DNA from: a virus
Lineage: Duplodnaviria > Heunggongvirae > Uroviricota > Caudoviricetes
IMG/VR virus record: IMGVR_UViG_3300012347_000366
Span: 1-64,000 of that record
Reading direction: 5' to 3' (one strand)
DNA: 64,000 bases
Within the stretch, counting starts at the first letter, position 1, and each line of letters opens with the position of its first letter. The position numbers and the translations under genes are program-made. The notes under the pieces are model-generated. The model made no database searches. It saw only the letters and a program-made list of their open reading frames with translations, and was not told the DNA's origin. Shown piece after piece: positions 6,934 to 15,810 of the stretch.

Positions 6934-7299
6934 ATGGCAGCAACTTGGACAGACGAACTCAAAGCATCGGTTATTGAAAAATACGAAGCCGCAGGCCCAA
7001 CTCCCGAAAACTCTACTGAAATCATCAAAGACATTGCCGAAGAAATCGAAATGTCTCCAAACGGCGTGCGTATGGTGCTGGTGCAAGCTGGCGTTTATGT
7101 CAAGAAAGACCCTGGCGCAGCATCTACCAGCAAGACTAAAACTGCTGCATCTGGCGACAAGCCAGCACGCGTATCAAAAGAATCTGCTATTGCAGACTTG
7201 AAAGCCGCTATCGAAGACGCAGGCAAGCCAGTTGACGAAGACATTTTGTCTAAACTCACCGGCAAAGCCGCAGTGTACTTCCTGTCAGTACTCAAGTAA
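6934..7299 (+). CDS. hypothetical protein
   Basis: ORF track. Confidence 0.45.
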   Translation: MAATWTDELKASVIEKYEAAGPTPENSTEIIKDIAEEIEMSPNGVRMVLVQAGVYVKKDPGAASTSKTKTAASGDKPARVSKESAIADLKAAIEDAGKPVDEDILSKLTGKAAVYFLSVLK

Positions 7300-7303
7300 T
7301 CCA

Positions 7304-7331
7304 AGGCGGCCCAGTGCCGCCTTTATCTTTT
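7304..7331 (+). terminator. rho-independent terminator (AGGCGGC-CCAGT-GCCGCCT then TTATCTTTT)
   Basis: Hairpin followed by a T-rich run. Confidence 0.6.
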
Positions 7332-7342
7332 AAGGAATCAGT

Positions 7343-7561
7343 ATGAAATTTACTCCAACAGATATTTCGACTCTCATGGATCACTATGTTATGACCAAAA
7401 ATCCTAAACTGGGTATTTTCAGTACTGATGCCGCTAGTGCTAATAAGCTCCATAAAATGGGCTTGATAGTAGACAAAGACCCAGGGAAGACAAATCGCCC
7501 CCTTACAGATAAGGGGTTGGCTTTGGCACAATTAATAGTTGACTACACAAACGAGGTATAA
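7343..7561 (+). CDS. hypothetical protein
   Basis: ORF track. Confidence 0.4.
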   Translation: MKFTPTDISTLMDHYVMTKNPKLGIFSTDAASANKLHKMGLIVDKDPGKTNRPLTDKGLALAQLIVDYTNEV

Positions 7562-7562
7562 T

Positions 7563-8189
7563 ATGGCAACACGCAAGAAATCTGCTAGTGAAGAAGAATT
7601 GATGACTCCAGCTAACATTAGTCGAGTTATCCGCCTACTTGAGCCTCAGGAAGAAGGTGTCAAGCCTATTACCAAGAAGGACGCTTGTCAGATTCTTGGT
7701 ATGTCATATAATACAACTCGTCTTGGTGCAATTATTGAGGAGTTCAAGCAAAAGCAGGCGCGTACCGCGCAACGCAAAGCTGAACTGCGAGGCAAGCCTG
7801 CTACCAAAGATGATATTGTTTTTATTATCTCAGAGTACTTAAGTGGTGAAACTGTGGACGCTATCTCCAAGATGACATATCGCAGTCCCACATTTATCAA
7901 GCGTATTCTAGAAGAAAACTCAGTGCCAATTCGTGTGCCTGGGTCAAGCTATTTCAATCCTGAAATGGTTCCAGACGGTGCTCAGCGTGATCGTTTCAAA
8001 GTTGGCGAAGTAGTTTACTCAACCAAGTACGACTCGACTGCGCTAGTTGAGTCTGAAAAGCTCACTGAAAAGTACGGATATATCTACCGCATCTTCTTGT
8101 TGTCAGACAAGTGGTTGCAGTCAGCATGGCAGGAACACTATGAGCTTGCCAGCCTACAACATCTTCGTGATCTAGGAGTACGGATTTGA
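7563..8189 (+). CDS. hypothetical protein, possible HTH DNA-binding (start moved to ATG 7563 to clear the upstream gene)
   Basis: ORF track 7539..8189; internal Met MATRKK directly follows the upstream stop and a GAGG Shine-Dalgarno. Confidence 0.4.
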   Translation: MATRKKSASEEELMTPANISRVIRLLEPQEEGVKPITKKDACQILGMSYNTTRLGAIIEEFKQKQARTAQRKAELRGKPATKDDIVFIISEYLSGETVDAISKMTYRSPTFIKRILEENSVPIRVPGSSYFNPEMVPDGAQRDRFKVGEVVYSTKYDSTALVESEKLTEKYGYIYRIFLLSDKWLQSAWQEHYELASLQHLRDLGVRI

Positions 8190-8350
8190 TTAAAATAATC
8201 ATTGTTTTTGCACTAGTAGCACTACTAGTGGCTTTTGTTTACCATTCGGTTAGCAAGTTTAGTCTTAATGAGTACAAACTTGCTTTTAAAGTTGGGGCGG
8301 CAGCCACAGCTTCCCTTTTAATTCTTTTTGCTATCACACAACTGTTCTAA
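8186..8350 (+). CDS. small hydrophobic membrane protein (54 aa, TTG start, two predicted helices)
   Basis: GGAG 7 nt upstream of TTG at 8186; its stop TAA abuts the ATG of the SPFH gene at 8351. Confidence 0.3.
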   Translation: MIKIIIVFALVALLVAFVYHSVSKFSLNEYKLAFKVGAAATASLLILFAITQLF

Positions 8351-9163
8351 ATGAAAAATATCTTTAAAATTTCTGCTGTTATCGCCGCTGTTGCACTGAC
8401 CAGTGCTTGCACTCGTATTGAAACTGGCGAGGTTGGTGTTCGTGTTGACGCTTACAAACAAGTACAGCCAGGTGAATTGTTGCCAGGCAGCATGAACCAA
8501 ACTATTATTGGCGATGTGTTGACTTTTCCAACCAAAGATGTCAACGTCACGCTGGAAAATATGAGTCCAGTTGCCAAGGATAACTCTACAATGAAGGACT
8601 TGGACGCTGTGGTTGTTTACAACATCAATCCACAAGCTGTTGCTGAATTGTATTCCACTAAGAACAAAAGCTTTCATGCTGAGTTCAGAGGCGATACTTA
8701 CGTGATGTACAACTACATTGTACAAAATTCTCGCAATGCAATTTACAAAGCAGCACGAAAGTACGAAGCCCTGGACATGGCAGACAACCGCACTGAAATG
8801 GAGAACTACATCAAGGAAGAAATCACTCGTAACCTTGCTGAAGAAAAACTGGATGGCTCGATTACTATCAATCAGGTTATGATTCGTAATGTGCAACCAA
8901 GCGATACAGTTGTTGCTAGTGCAAATGACTTGGTTCGTTCTAAGAATGAGTTGAAGCAAAAGGAAGTTGAAGTTAAGACTGCCGAAGCAGAAGCCCGACG
9001 AATTGCGGCACTGGCACAAAACGCAGGTGCTATTCAGTACATGGATGCTCAAGCTCGTATGAAACAAGCTGAAGCAGCTTTTGAAACTGCCAAAGCTATT
9101 GCAACATTCAAAGGTAACACTTTGGTGATCGGTGCAGGTACCAACGTCAACGTTGGCAAGTAA
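8351..9163 (+). CDS. SPFH/band-7 (stomatin/prohibitin-like) domain lipoprotein
   Basis: Lipobox LTSAC after a signal peptide; SPFH-like core (GEVGVRVD...TKD...VVVYNI...) and an Ala/Glu-rich coiled-coil tail (KTAEAEARRIAALAQ). Confidence 0.55.
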   Translation: MKNIFKISAVIAAVALTSACTRIETGEVGVRVDAYKQVQPGELLPGSMNQTIIGDVLTFPTKDVNVTLENMSPVAKDNSTMKDLDAVVVYNINPQAVAELYSTKNKSFHAEFRGDTYVMYNYIVQNSRNAIYKAARKYEALDMADNRTEMENYIKEEITRNLAEEKLDGSITINQVMIRNVQPSDTVVASANDLVRSKNELKQKEVEVKTAEAEARRIAALAQNAGAIQYMDAQARMKQAEAAFETAKAIATFKGNTLVIGAGTNVNVGK

Positions 9164-9171
9164 GGAATACC

Positions 9172-9555
9172 ATGGACTTAGCACTACTAGTATACGCGAT
9201 CAGTACCATTAGTAGCATTAAAATACTACTAGGGTTGTTGATTGCACTATCGGCATTTGCTTGCCTTGGCCTACTTATCTACTTATCCGATCAATACGGT
9301 GACAGCAAAAAACCTTGGATATGGAAGCGTATTAAAATATGGTTTGGTATTGGATTATTTTGCTCGTTTATATCAGTGCTTTTACCTAGTCAGAAAACAG
9401 CGTATACAATGGTAGGTGCTTATGCCGCCCAGCGAGTTGCCGAGAATGAAAAAGTTCAGCAACTGTCAAGCAAAGTTCTAACTATTATTGAACAACGTCT
9501 TGATGGGTATATTCAAGAAGGCATCGACAACTCCAAAGAGAAAGATGTAAAATGA
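9172..9555 (+). CDS. two-TM membrane protein with a cytoplasmic tail, possible NfeD-like partner of the SPFH protein
   Basis: Two hydrophobic helices then a charged C-terminus; only 9 nt downstream of the SPFH gene. Confidence 0.4.
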   Translation: MDLALLVYAISTISSIKILLGLLIALSAFACLGLLIYLSDQYGDSKKPWIWKRIKIWFGIGLFCSFISVLLPSQKTAYTMVGAYAAQRVAENEKVQQLSSKVLTIIEQRLDGYIQEGIDNSKEKDVK

Positions 9556-9812
9556 GACACTGGCTATTTGCTGAACCTGTTGGTACAACAAATGAGCCTG
9601 TGTGGATGGTATACTCTGAGGATGCTATTATTGCCGAGTATTGGGATACTTGGCATCGTCAGGGTATTGCTTACAACAAAGCACACGGGCTTGACGTTAA
9701 CAAAAACATCAGCGCACACAACTGTATACAGGATTGGGTTGTAGTGCGTTGGGCAGTAGAAGCAACACCCGAAAACCTGCTTAAAATTATATCTGCGCCA
9801 AAACCCCAATAA
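9552..9812 (+). CDS. hypothetical protein
   Basis: ORF track; overlaps the upstream gene by 4 nt. Confidence 0.4.
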   Translation: MRHWLFAEPVGTTNEPVWMVYSEDAIIAEYWDTWHRQGIAYNKAHGLDVNKNISAHNCIQDWVVVRWAVEATPENLLKIISAPKPQ

Positions 9813-9818
9813 TTATAC

Positions 9819-10163
9819 ATGATAAAGATTACGTGGCCAGATCTATACTTTGGGCCTATCAACCTATGGAATGTACCAAAACTTATGGACGAGAATATAC
9901 TCTACTCAAAAACAATCGAAGAAAACATGGACAAAGGTTTTCAGGTTCGACTAGCCGTAAATGATTTTCGTGACACAACCTATATTCAGCTTCGTAAGTT
10001 CTTTTTAAGTTACGAAGGGGATTGGGTTCCTAGTCGTGAGGGTGTGAGTATTCCGGCCAGCACTGAAAACATCTATGCACTTCTAGATGGCCTGTTTGAA
10101 ATTTGCAGTGTGGCTGAAGGTGAAGAAATTATCAAACACTACAGTGAGCGGCTAAAATCCTAA
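9819..10163 (+). CDS. hypothetical protein
   Basis: ORF track. Confidence 0.4.
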   Translation: MIKITWPDLYFGPINLWNVPKLMDENILYSKTIEENMDKGFQVRLAVNDFRDTTYIQLRKFFLSYEGDWVPSREGVSIPASTENIYALLDGLFEICSVAEGEEIIKHYSERLKS

Positions 10164-10164
10164 C

Positions 10165-10193
10165 TTGTTTCTGTGACCCTAAACTGTTATAAT
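10165..10193 (+). promoter_or_regulatory. sigma70-type promoter TTGTTT-17-TATAAT; spacer contains the GACCCTAAA motif
   Basis: Read from sequence. Confidence 0.45.
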
Positions 10194-10200
10194 AATATCT

Positions 10201-11151
10201 ATGAACAAAATTACACAATATTTAGATTCGGCTTCAGCCGCTTATTATGCAGGCTCACCATTCATCACAGATGCACAGTTTGATGCGCTTGCTGAAAGTG
10301 TGGGTTATGGTGCTGTGGGTACTAAGCAAAATTCCAAAACTGAACGACACTTGTACCAAATGTACTCGTTGCAAAAATACTATGAAGATGAAGGTACCAG
10401 ACCTCTCCAAGGCGTTCGATCTATTTCTACTAGTGTTAAGCTGGATGGGGCAGCTCTTAGCCTACTTTATGTTGATGGTAATCTTGTTCGAGTTCTTACC
10501 CGTGGGGATGGTGTAGAAGGTCAGATTGTTACTGACAAATTCTTGGGCAATCCTATTGTTCCACAAACAGTGTCCTTTCAGGGCGTACACCAGATCACTG
10601 GTGAGATTGCAGCCCCACTTAATATCGAAAATGCTCGTAACTACGCAGCAGGTGCTCTTAACCTAAAAGATGTTGCTGAGTTTCGGTCACGTGCACTTAG
10701 CTTCTTTGCTTATGGTGTGCAACCTAGCCTATCAGATACTTTTAACAAAGACATGGAGCTGCTAAAATCAGCAGGTTTTAGCGTAATCAATGAACCAGAC
10801 CTCGACAAAATATTTCCGTGTGATGGTATTGTCTTCCGAGTCAATAACAATAAAGAGTTCTACGAAATGGGGTATACGGCCAAGCATCCGCGTGGTGCGT
10901 ATGCTAAAAAAGAACGAGCAGCCCATGTGGAAACAAAACTTTTGGCAGTTGAGTGGCAAGTTGGCAAGTCGGGTAAAGTATCCCCGGTTGCTATTCTGGA
11001 GCCTGTGTATATTGGTGACGCTCTTGTTTCACGAGCTACGCTAAATAACCCAGGGTTTATTGAAATGCTAGACCTGCGTATTGGTGACACAGTTGCTGTT
11101 ATCAGAGCCGGTGAAATCATTCCTTGCATTTTGCATAAAGTTGATGCTTGA
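10201..11151 (+). CDS. ligA: NAD-dependent DNA ligase, subunit A (adenylation domain)
   Basis: KxDG adenylation motif (VKLDGAALSL) and OB-fold region. T5-type ligases are split into two genes. Confidence 0.7.
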   Translation: MNKITQYLDSASAAYYAGSPFITDAQFDALAESVGYGAVGTKQNSKTERHLYQMYSLQKYYEDEGTRPLQGVRSISTSVKLDGAALSLLYVDGNLVRVLTRGDGVEGQIVTDKFLGNPIVPQTVSFQGVHQITGEIAAPLNIENARNYAAGALNLKDVAEFRSRALSFFAYGVQPSLSDTFNKDMELLKSAGFSVINEPDLDKIFPCDGIVFRVNNNKEFYEMGYTAKHPRGAYAKKERAAHVETKLLAVEWQVGKSGKVSPVAILEPVYIGDALVSRATLNNPGFIEMLDLRIGDTVAVIRAGEIIPCILHKVDA

Positions 11152-11168
11152 GCAATAAAAATTTACAC

Positions 11169-11197
11169 TTGTCAAAGCATCCCCAATCAGATATAAT
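11169..11197 (+). promoter_or_regulatory. sigma70-type promoter TTGTCA-17-TATAAT with AAATTTACACTTG box
   Basis: Read from sequence. Confidence 0.55.
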
Positions 11198-11222
11198 ATA
11201 GTCTACAAATTGATAAAACAAC

Positions 11223-11990
11223 ATGAAGATCGAAATCCCAACAACCTGCCCCTGCTGTAGCTACAAACTTGAATTGGTCAACGATCAATTGTTTTGTCGC
11301 AACACAGCTTGCGGTGCTCAGCTTACCAAAAAAGTTGAACACTTCTGCAAGACACTAGGCATCAAAGGTATGGGCCCAAAGTCAGTTGAAAAACTTGACC
11401 TGCAAGATTTGACTGAGCTGTTTTATCTTGATTTGGAAACAGTCTCAGAAGCCCTAGGTAGTGAAAAAACTGCCGCAAAACTACTTGATGAAATCGAACG
11501 AGCCAAATCGGCTGATCTAGCCACAGTGCTAGCAAGTTTCTCGATTACTCTGGTTGGTCAAACGGCTTCTAAGAAAATTTGTGATGTAGTTGAACATATC
11601 GACGAAATCACATACGAAACGTGCAAAGCCGCTGGTTTAGGTGACAAAGTTACCGAAAACCTAATTACTTGGCTAGAAACAGATTTCCCTGATTTGCGAG
11701 AGTTTTTGCCGTTCTCTTTCAAATCTAATCGAAATTCCACATCAAACAGTAACAATAATTCTAAAACTGTTTGTATCACTGGAAAGTTATCTTCTTACAA
11801 AAACAAAGCAGAAGCATATCAAGCTCTGGAAGCTGCTGGATACAAAGCAGTAGAGTCTGTAACAAAAACCACAGACTATTTGGTTGATGAAGAAGATAAA
11901 GCTAGTACAAAACGCAAAAAAGCCGAATCCCTCGGCATCCCAATTATAACAAACCTAAATACTTTCTTGAAAGAAAACAAAAATGACTGA
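11223..11990 (+). CDS. ligB: NAD-dependent DNA ligase, subunit B (Zn finger, HhH, BRCT)
   Basis: CPCC...C..C zinc finger at the N-terminus, HhH-like segments, and a C-terminal BRCT-like block (VCITGKL...AGYKAV...VTKTTDYLV). Confidence 0.65.
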   Translation: MKIEIPTTCPCCSYKLELVNDQLFCRNTACGAQLTKKVEHFCKTLGIKGMGPKSVEKLDLQDLTELFYLDLETVSEALGSEKTAAKLLDEIERAKSADLATVLASFSITLVGQTASKKICDVVEHIDEITYETCKAAGLGDKVTENLITWLETDFPDLREFLPFSFKSNRNSTSNSNNNSKTVCITGKLSSYKNKAEAYQALEAAGYKAVESVTKTTDYLVDEEDKASTKRKKAESLGIPIITNLNTFLKENKND

Positions 11991-12732
11991 AAAAGCTACT
12001 AAAAACTGGTCCGATGAAGCTGTTGACCAACTGATGAACATCGTTGGATCACAAAGCCCTGTTAGCGTTGAGTCTGTTGAGCGTGCTGCTGAACAACTTG
12101 GTAAAACTACTCGTAGTATCGCTTCTAAGCTGCGTCAACTAGACCGTGAAGTTGCTAGTCTTGCCAAGGAAAAAACTTCCGCATTTACTGCTGACGAAGG
12201 CGCTGATCTCGCTGATTTCGTGCAAGCAAATGCCGGTAACTTGACTTACAAAGAAATCGCTGAAAACTTTGCTGGTGGCAAGTTCTCGGCAAAACAAATC
12301 CAAGGTAAATTGCTTGCTTTGGAACTGACTGGTTCAGTGAAGCCAGCAGAAAAAGTGGAAGTTGCTCGCACTTACACTGAAGCCGAAGAAGCCACTTTTG
12401 TGAAAATGGCAGAAGCTGGTAGCTTTATCGAAGATATTGCCAGCAAGTTGAACAAGACTGTTGCTTCAGTTCGTGGTAAGGCTCTGAGCTTGACACGTAA
12501 GGGTCAGATTGCCAAGATTCCCGCACAAAAAGAATCTCATGCTAAAGAATCTGTTGATGCAGTGACTGCACTGGGTACAGCGATTCACACTATGACTGTT
12601 GCTGAAATTGCAGCTGCTGTTGATAAAACAGAACGTGGTCTGCGTACTTTGCTGACTCGCCGTGGTATCAAAGTTGCTGACTATGACGGTGCAGCTAAAA
12701 AAGCTAAGGCCGAAGCCAAAGCAGCCGCTTAA
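11983..12732 (+). CDS. hypothetical protein with four tandem ~50-aa helical repeats and an Ala/Lys-rich tail, possible DNA-binding or regulatory
   Basis: Internal repeat pattern (E..L......IA.KL.KT..S...K.L) seen four times. Confidence 0.4.
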   Translation: MTEKATKNWSDEAVDQLMNIVGSQSPVSVESVERAAEQLGKTTRSIASKLRQLDREVASLAKEKTSAFTADEGADLADFVQANAGNLTYKEIAENFAGGKFSAKQIQGKLLALELTGSVKPAEKVEVARTYTEAEEATFVKMAEAGSFIEDIASKLNKTVASVRGKALSLTRKGQIAKIPAQKESHAKESVDAVTALGTAIHTMTVAEIAAAVDKTERGLRTLLTRRGIKVADYDGAAKKAKAEAKAAA

Positions 12733-12748
12733 TTTGGTTTAACCAATT

Positions 12749-12784
12749 AGCCCGGGAGTCCCATAAAGCTCCCGGGCTTTTTCT
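12749..12784 (+). terminator. rho-independent terminator (AGCCCGGGAG...CTCCCGGGCT then TTTTCT)
   Basis: 10-bp GC stem followed by a T-run. Confidence 0.7.
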
Positions 12785-12802
12785 GTTTAAGGAGTTCATA
12801 GT

Positions 12803-13102
12803 ATGAAAGTAACTATTACATACCATGATAACGAGTCTTTCACGATGGAAGAAGTCGTAAAACAGGCTGTGCATAATTATGGCAAGGCAGCACAGGTAGA
12901 GATTACACCAGAATCTACTATGGCCTATGACCACATCTATTTTGGACTACAGCAGCTTATTACGCATGAGCAGCTTAGTTTGTTATACGATAGTGGTGCA
13001 TCTTATCAACAAGATATTAAAAAGCTACGGGACGAAGTTATGTATAAAGTAACCGAAATCGTAGATCAAGTTCTAATAGACAACGAATCGAAAGTAGGGT
13101 AA
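12803..13102 (+). CDS. hypothetical protein
   Basis: ORF track; AAGGAG Shine-Dalgarno upstream. Confidence 0.45.
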   Translation: MKVTITYHDNESFTMEEVVKQAVHNYGKAAQVEITPESTMAYDHIYFGLQQLITHEQLSLLYDSGASYQQDIKKLRDEVMYKVTEIVDQVLIDNESKVG

Positions 13103-13103
13103 C

Positions 13104-14495
13104 TTGGATACTAGTGCAGTAGTCTTAAACAAATTATTAACTGAGCGTAACCTAGATATCTGGGCAAAGCTGAAGTTGGTATTCTTAGACCCTGCGTACT
13201 CTTCCTTGTATAGCGTCGTTAATAAGTACTACGAGAAGTACAGCGCTATACCGTCATTTGACGATCTTGAGCTAACCTTAAGGGAGGGTCCGGCGTCTAA
13301 AACTCTGGCGACTCTCCGGTTAACCGAGGTACCAGACGTTTCTGCTGAAGTAGCATTGGATGCGTTAATCGACCAATACACTCAGAATGAAACGGTAAAA
13401 TTACTAGATAAATTCGTAGATAAACTACCACTCTACGATACAAACGAAATAAAAGAAAGTCTAGCGACAATTGCGCTGACTATTGAGGAAAAGACACACA
13501 CAAGTGAAAAAGTCTTTACCATGGCTGATATGATGATGTTTCAGCATCCAGAAGACTTGGAGAAAGAACGTGTATATCTTGGACTTAACAATAGCTTTGA
13601 CAGTGTTCTTGGCGGTGTTGCTCGCCAGGAACTTATTCTCATTGGAGGTAAGCGGGGCTCTGGTAAATCTATTGCTAGTAGCAACTTGTTTATTAATCAG
13701 TACGAATCTGGCAACTCAAGCATTTATTTCTCAATTGAGATGACTGCTAAAGAAACGATGGAGCGTAATCTAAGTATCTTAGCTAATGTTAATTTGCAGA
13801 ACCTAAAGCAACACAAACTAACTGATGACGAACTATTACGAGTTGTAAAAGCTCGTGCAGAAATGTTTGTTGGTGGTGAAGACTTAGTTTCAGAGTTTTT
13901 GCGTCATCGTGATCGCTTTAAGTTTGAAGAAATGCTGGTACGTAGTTGCAGTCTAAAGCCTGATAATCAAATGATTATTGTTGACGACCGTGACTTGACC
14001 CTAAGCAGTATCGACTTGCACATTGGCAAAGCCAAAGCAAAGTTCGGCGATAAACTCAAACTAGTAGTGGTAGATTACTTGAACCAAATTGTCCTAGAAG
14101 GTAACGATCAGTATGATTGGAAACCACAAATCGAAGTTTCAAAGAAACTCAAAAACCTTGCACGTAAGTATGAAATCGTCATGGTCAGCCCGTATCAGAT
14201 TGATAAGGACGGGGAAGCCCGCTTTGCGAAAGGTATCTTGGACGCAGCGGATATTGCCCTTACTATGGAAGCGCATGACAAAGAAACTAATGCGATCAGT
14301 TTTGAGACGACAAAAATTCGTGGGGGCAAGGAAATGGCATTTACGTGCCCGATTGACTGGGATAGTCTACGCATCAGCCCACAGAGCGTGGATCGCCCAC
14401 AAGCTAAAGAGACGATAAAGAAAGCCGGTAAGAAAGCACAAGACGATGCTCCACCAGTATCGGATGCTGGTGCTGACTTACCTTGGAACGCATAA
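13104..14495 (+). CDS. DnaB-family replicative helicase-like ATPase (RecA fold); TTG start
   Basis: Walker A GGKRGSGKS, Walker B-like IIVDD, DnaB-like C-terminal domain. Confidence 0.6.
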   Translation: MDTSAVVLNKLLTERNLDIWAKLKLVFLDPAYSSLYSVVNKYYEKYSAIPSFDDLELTLREGPASKTLATLRLTEVPDVSAEVALDALIDQYTQNETVKLLDKFVDKLPLYDTNEIKESLATIALTIEEKTHTSEKVFTMADMMMFQHPEDLEKERVYLGLNNSFDSVLGGVARQELILIGGKRGSGKSIASSNLFINQYESGNSSIYFSIEMTAKETMERNLSILANVNLQNLKQHKLTDDELLRVVKARAEMFVGGEDLVSEFLRHRDRFKFEEMLVRSCSLKPDNQMIIVDDRDLTLSSIDLHIGKAKAKFGDKLKLVVVDYLNQIVLEGNDQYDWKPQIEVSKKLKNLARKYEIVMVSPYQIDKDGEARFAKGILDAADIALTMEAHDKETNAISFETTKIRGGKEMAFTCPIDWDSLRISPQSVDRPQAKETIKKAGKKAQDDAPPVSDAGADLPWNA

Positions 14496-14695
14496 TGTAC
14501 AACACAAACGAATTACGGGAAGTCCTAGACGATGCTGAAATGGCGTATATTAGTGCTGATTTTTGGTTTAGCCGAGATAATCCCGAATTTCCTGTAAATA
14601 TTCACGATCATCCCGAACATCCAGTATGGAAAGAGCTGCTGGCCTTTCAAAACGGATGGTTAGCTTGCAAGAACTTCTACAAAATAAACACATAA
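14483..14695 (+). CDS. hypothetical protein
   Basis: ORF track. Confidence 0.35.
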   Translation: MERIMYNTNELREVLDDAEMAYISADFWFSRDNPEFPVNIHDHPEHPVWKELLAFQNGWLACKNFYKINT

Positions 14696-14696
14696 T

Positions 14697-14906
14697 ATGA
14701 AGTATAATTTAGGATTTAGGGCACTGCTTTCTTGTGAAGAAGCGGCTTTTGATAAATTAATGGGCCAAGTACCCTGTCCTGAATTTCGTAGGGCCGGTAC
14801 TTGGTCAATCTGTGAAATGTGTAACAAAGCGTATGTAGAACACCCATATCTAATACCACACTATATGTTACACCAACTATGTAACGGAGACATTGTAAAA
14901 ACATGA
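14697..14906 (+). CDS. small Cys-rich protein
   Basis: ORF track; 7 Cys in 69 aa. Confidence 0.35.
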   Translation: MKYNLGFRALLSCEEAAFDKLMGQVPCPEFRRAGTWSICEMCNKAYVEHPYLIPHYMLHQLCNGDIVKT

Positions 14907-15757
14907 GCGACCCAGTACTAGAACTTATCCAGAAAAACGACCTGAAGTTTAGTGTTTCGGGTCGCGACTATCTTATCAAATGTTTAAATCCAGACCATCA
15001 AGACTCCAACCCTAGCTTTCGAGTAGACAAAGTAACGGGCGTAGCCCATTGCTTTGCCTGCGGGTTTAAAACAAATCTTTTCAAATACTATGGTGTGTTC
15101 ACCAACCTAGTACCAATGAAGATTCTGGCATTAAAAGAAAAGCTGGATGCACTTAAAAAGTTTGGTCAAGAACTAGACTTGCCACAAGGCTACACACCTT
15201 GGACAAAACAGTTTCGTGGTGTTAGTCCTGCAACCCTCAAACACTTTGGGGCTTTTTATACAAATCAAGTAGAAAAGCTACAAGACCGTATTATCTTTCC
15301 AATCAAAGATATTACCAATAAAACGCAAGTGTTTGTTGGCCGACACACAATGTCCAACGGCAATCCCAGATATATCAACTATCCTCAAGGTGTAAAGATT
15401 CCGCTTTACCCAGCACATTTACCTAGTGGTTACTCATCAATGGTAATTGTTGAGGGCTTGTTTGATATGTTGAACTTATACGACAACGGTTGTGAGAATG
15501 TTGTGTGTGCTTTTGGTACTAACACACTTCAAAACGACACAAAACAAAAGCTGTTGCCATTCAGAGCACAAGGCATCACACACGTTTACTTGCTGTTTGA
15601 TGGTGATGATGCAGGTCGTAGTGCCGCAAAAAACTTAAAGCCACTGCTAGAAGCGGAGGGTTTTATCACAGAAATTGTTGACTTACCTGACGGCACAGAC
15701 CCTGGTGATCTCGATCAAGAAAACGTTCGATCAATCGCAGAGTATGTTAATAAATAA
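14903..15757 (+). CDS. DnaG-type DNA primase (zinc-binding domain plus TOPRIM)
   Basis: CLNPDH...CFAC zinc ribbon; TOPRIM Glu (VIVEG) and DxD (LFDGDDAG). Confidence 0.7.
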   Translation: MSDPVLELIQKNDLKFSVSGRDYLIKCLNPDHQDSNPSFRVDKVTGVAHCFACGFKTNLFKYYGVFTNLVPMKILALKEKLDALKKFGQELDLPQGYTPWTKQFRGVSPATLKHFGAFYTNQVEKLQDRIIFPIKDITNKTQVFVGRHTMSNGNPRYINYPQGVKIPLYPAHLPSGYSSMVIVEGLFDMLNLYDNGCENVVCAFGTNTLQNDTKQKLLPFRAQGITHVYLLFDGDDAGRSAAKNLKPLLEAEGFITEIVDLPDGTDPGDLDQENVRSIAEYVNK

Positions 15758-15759
15758 AC

Positions 15760-15788
15760 TTGAAATGTTAGCTTAGATACGCTATAAT
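15760..15788 (+). promoter_or_regulatory. sigma70-type promoter TTGAAA-17-TATAAT
   Basis: Read from sequence. Confidence 0.5.
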
Positions 15789-15810
15789 AAAGTATCACAA
15801 GGAATTATAA

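Noticed and set aside
14113-14418. Basic 101-aa ORF inside the DnaB-like helicase gene
   Set aside because: It is an internal alternative-frame ORF with Arg/Lys-rich junk composition.
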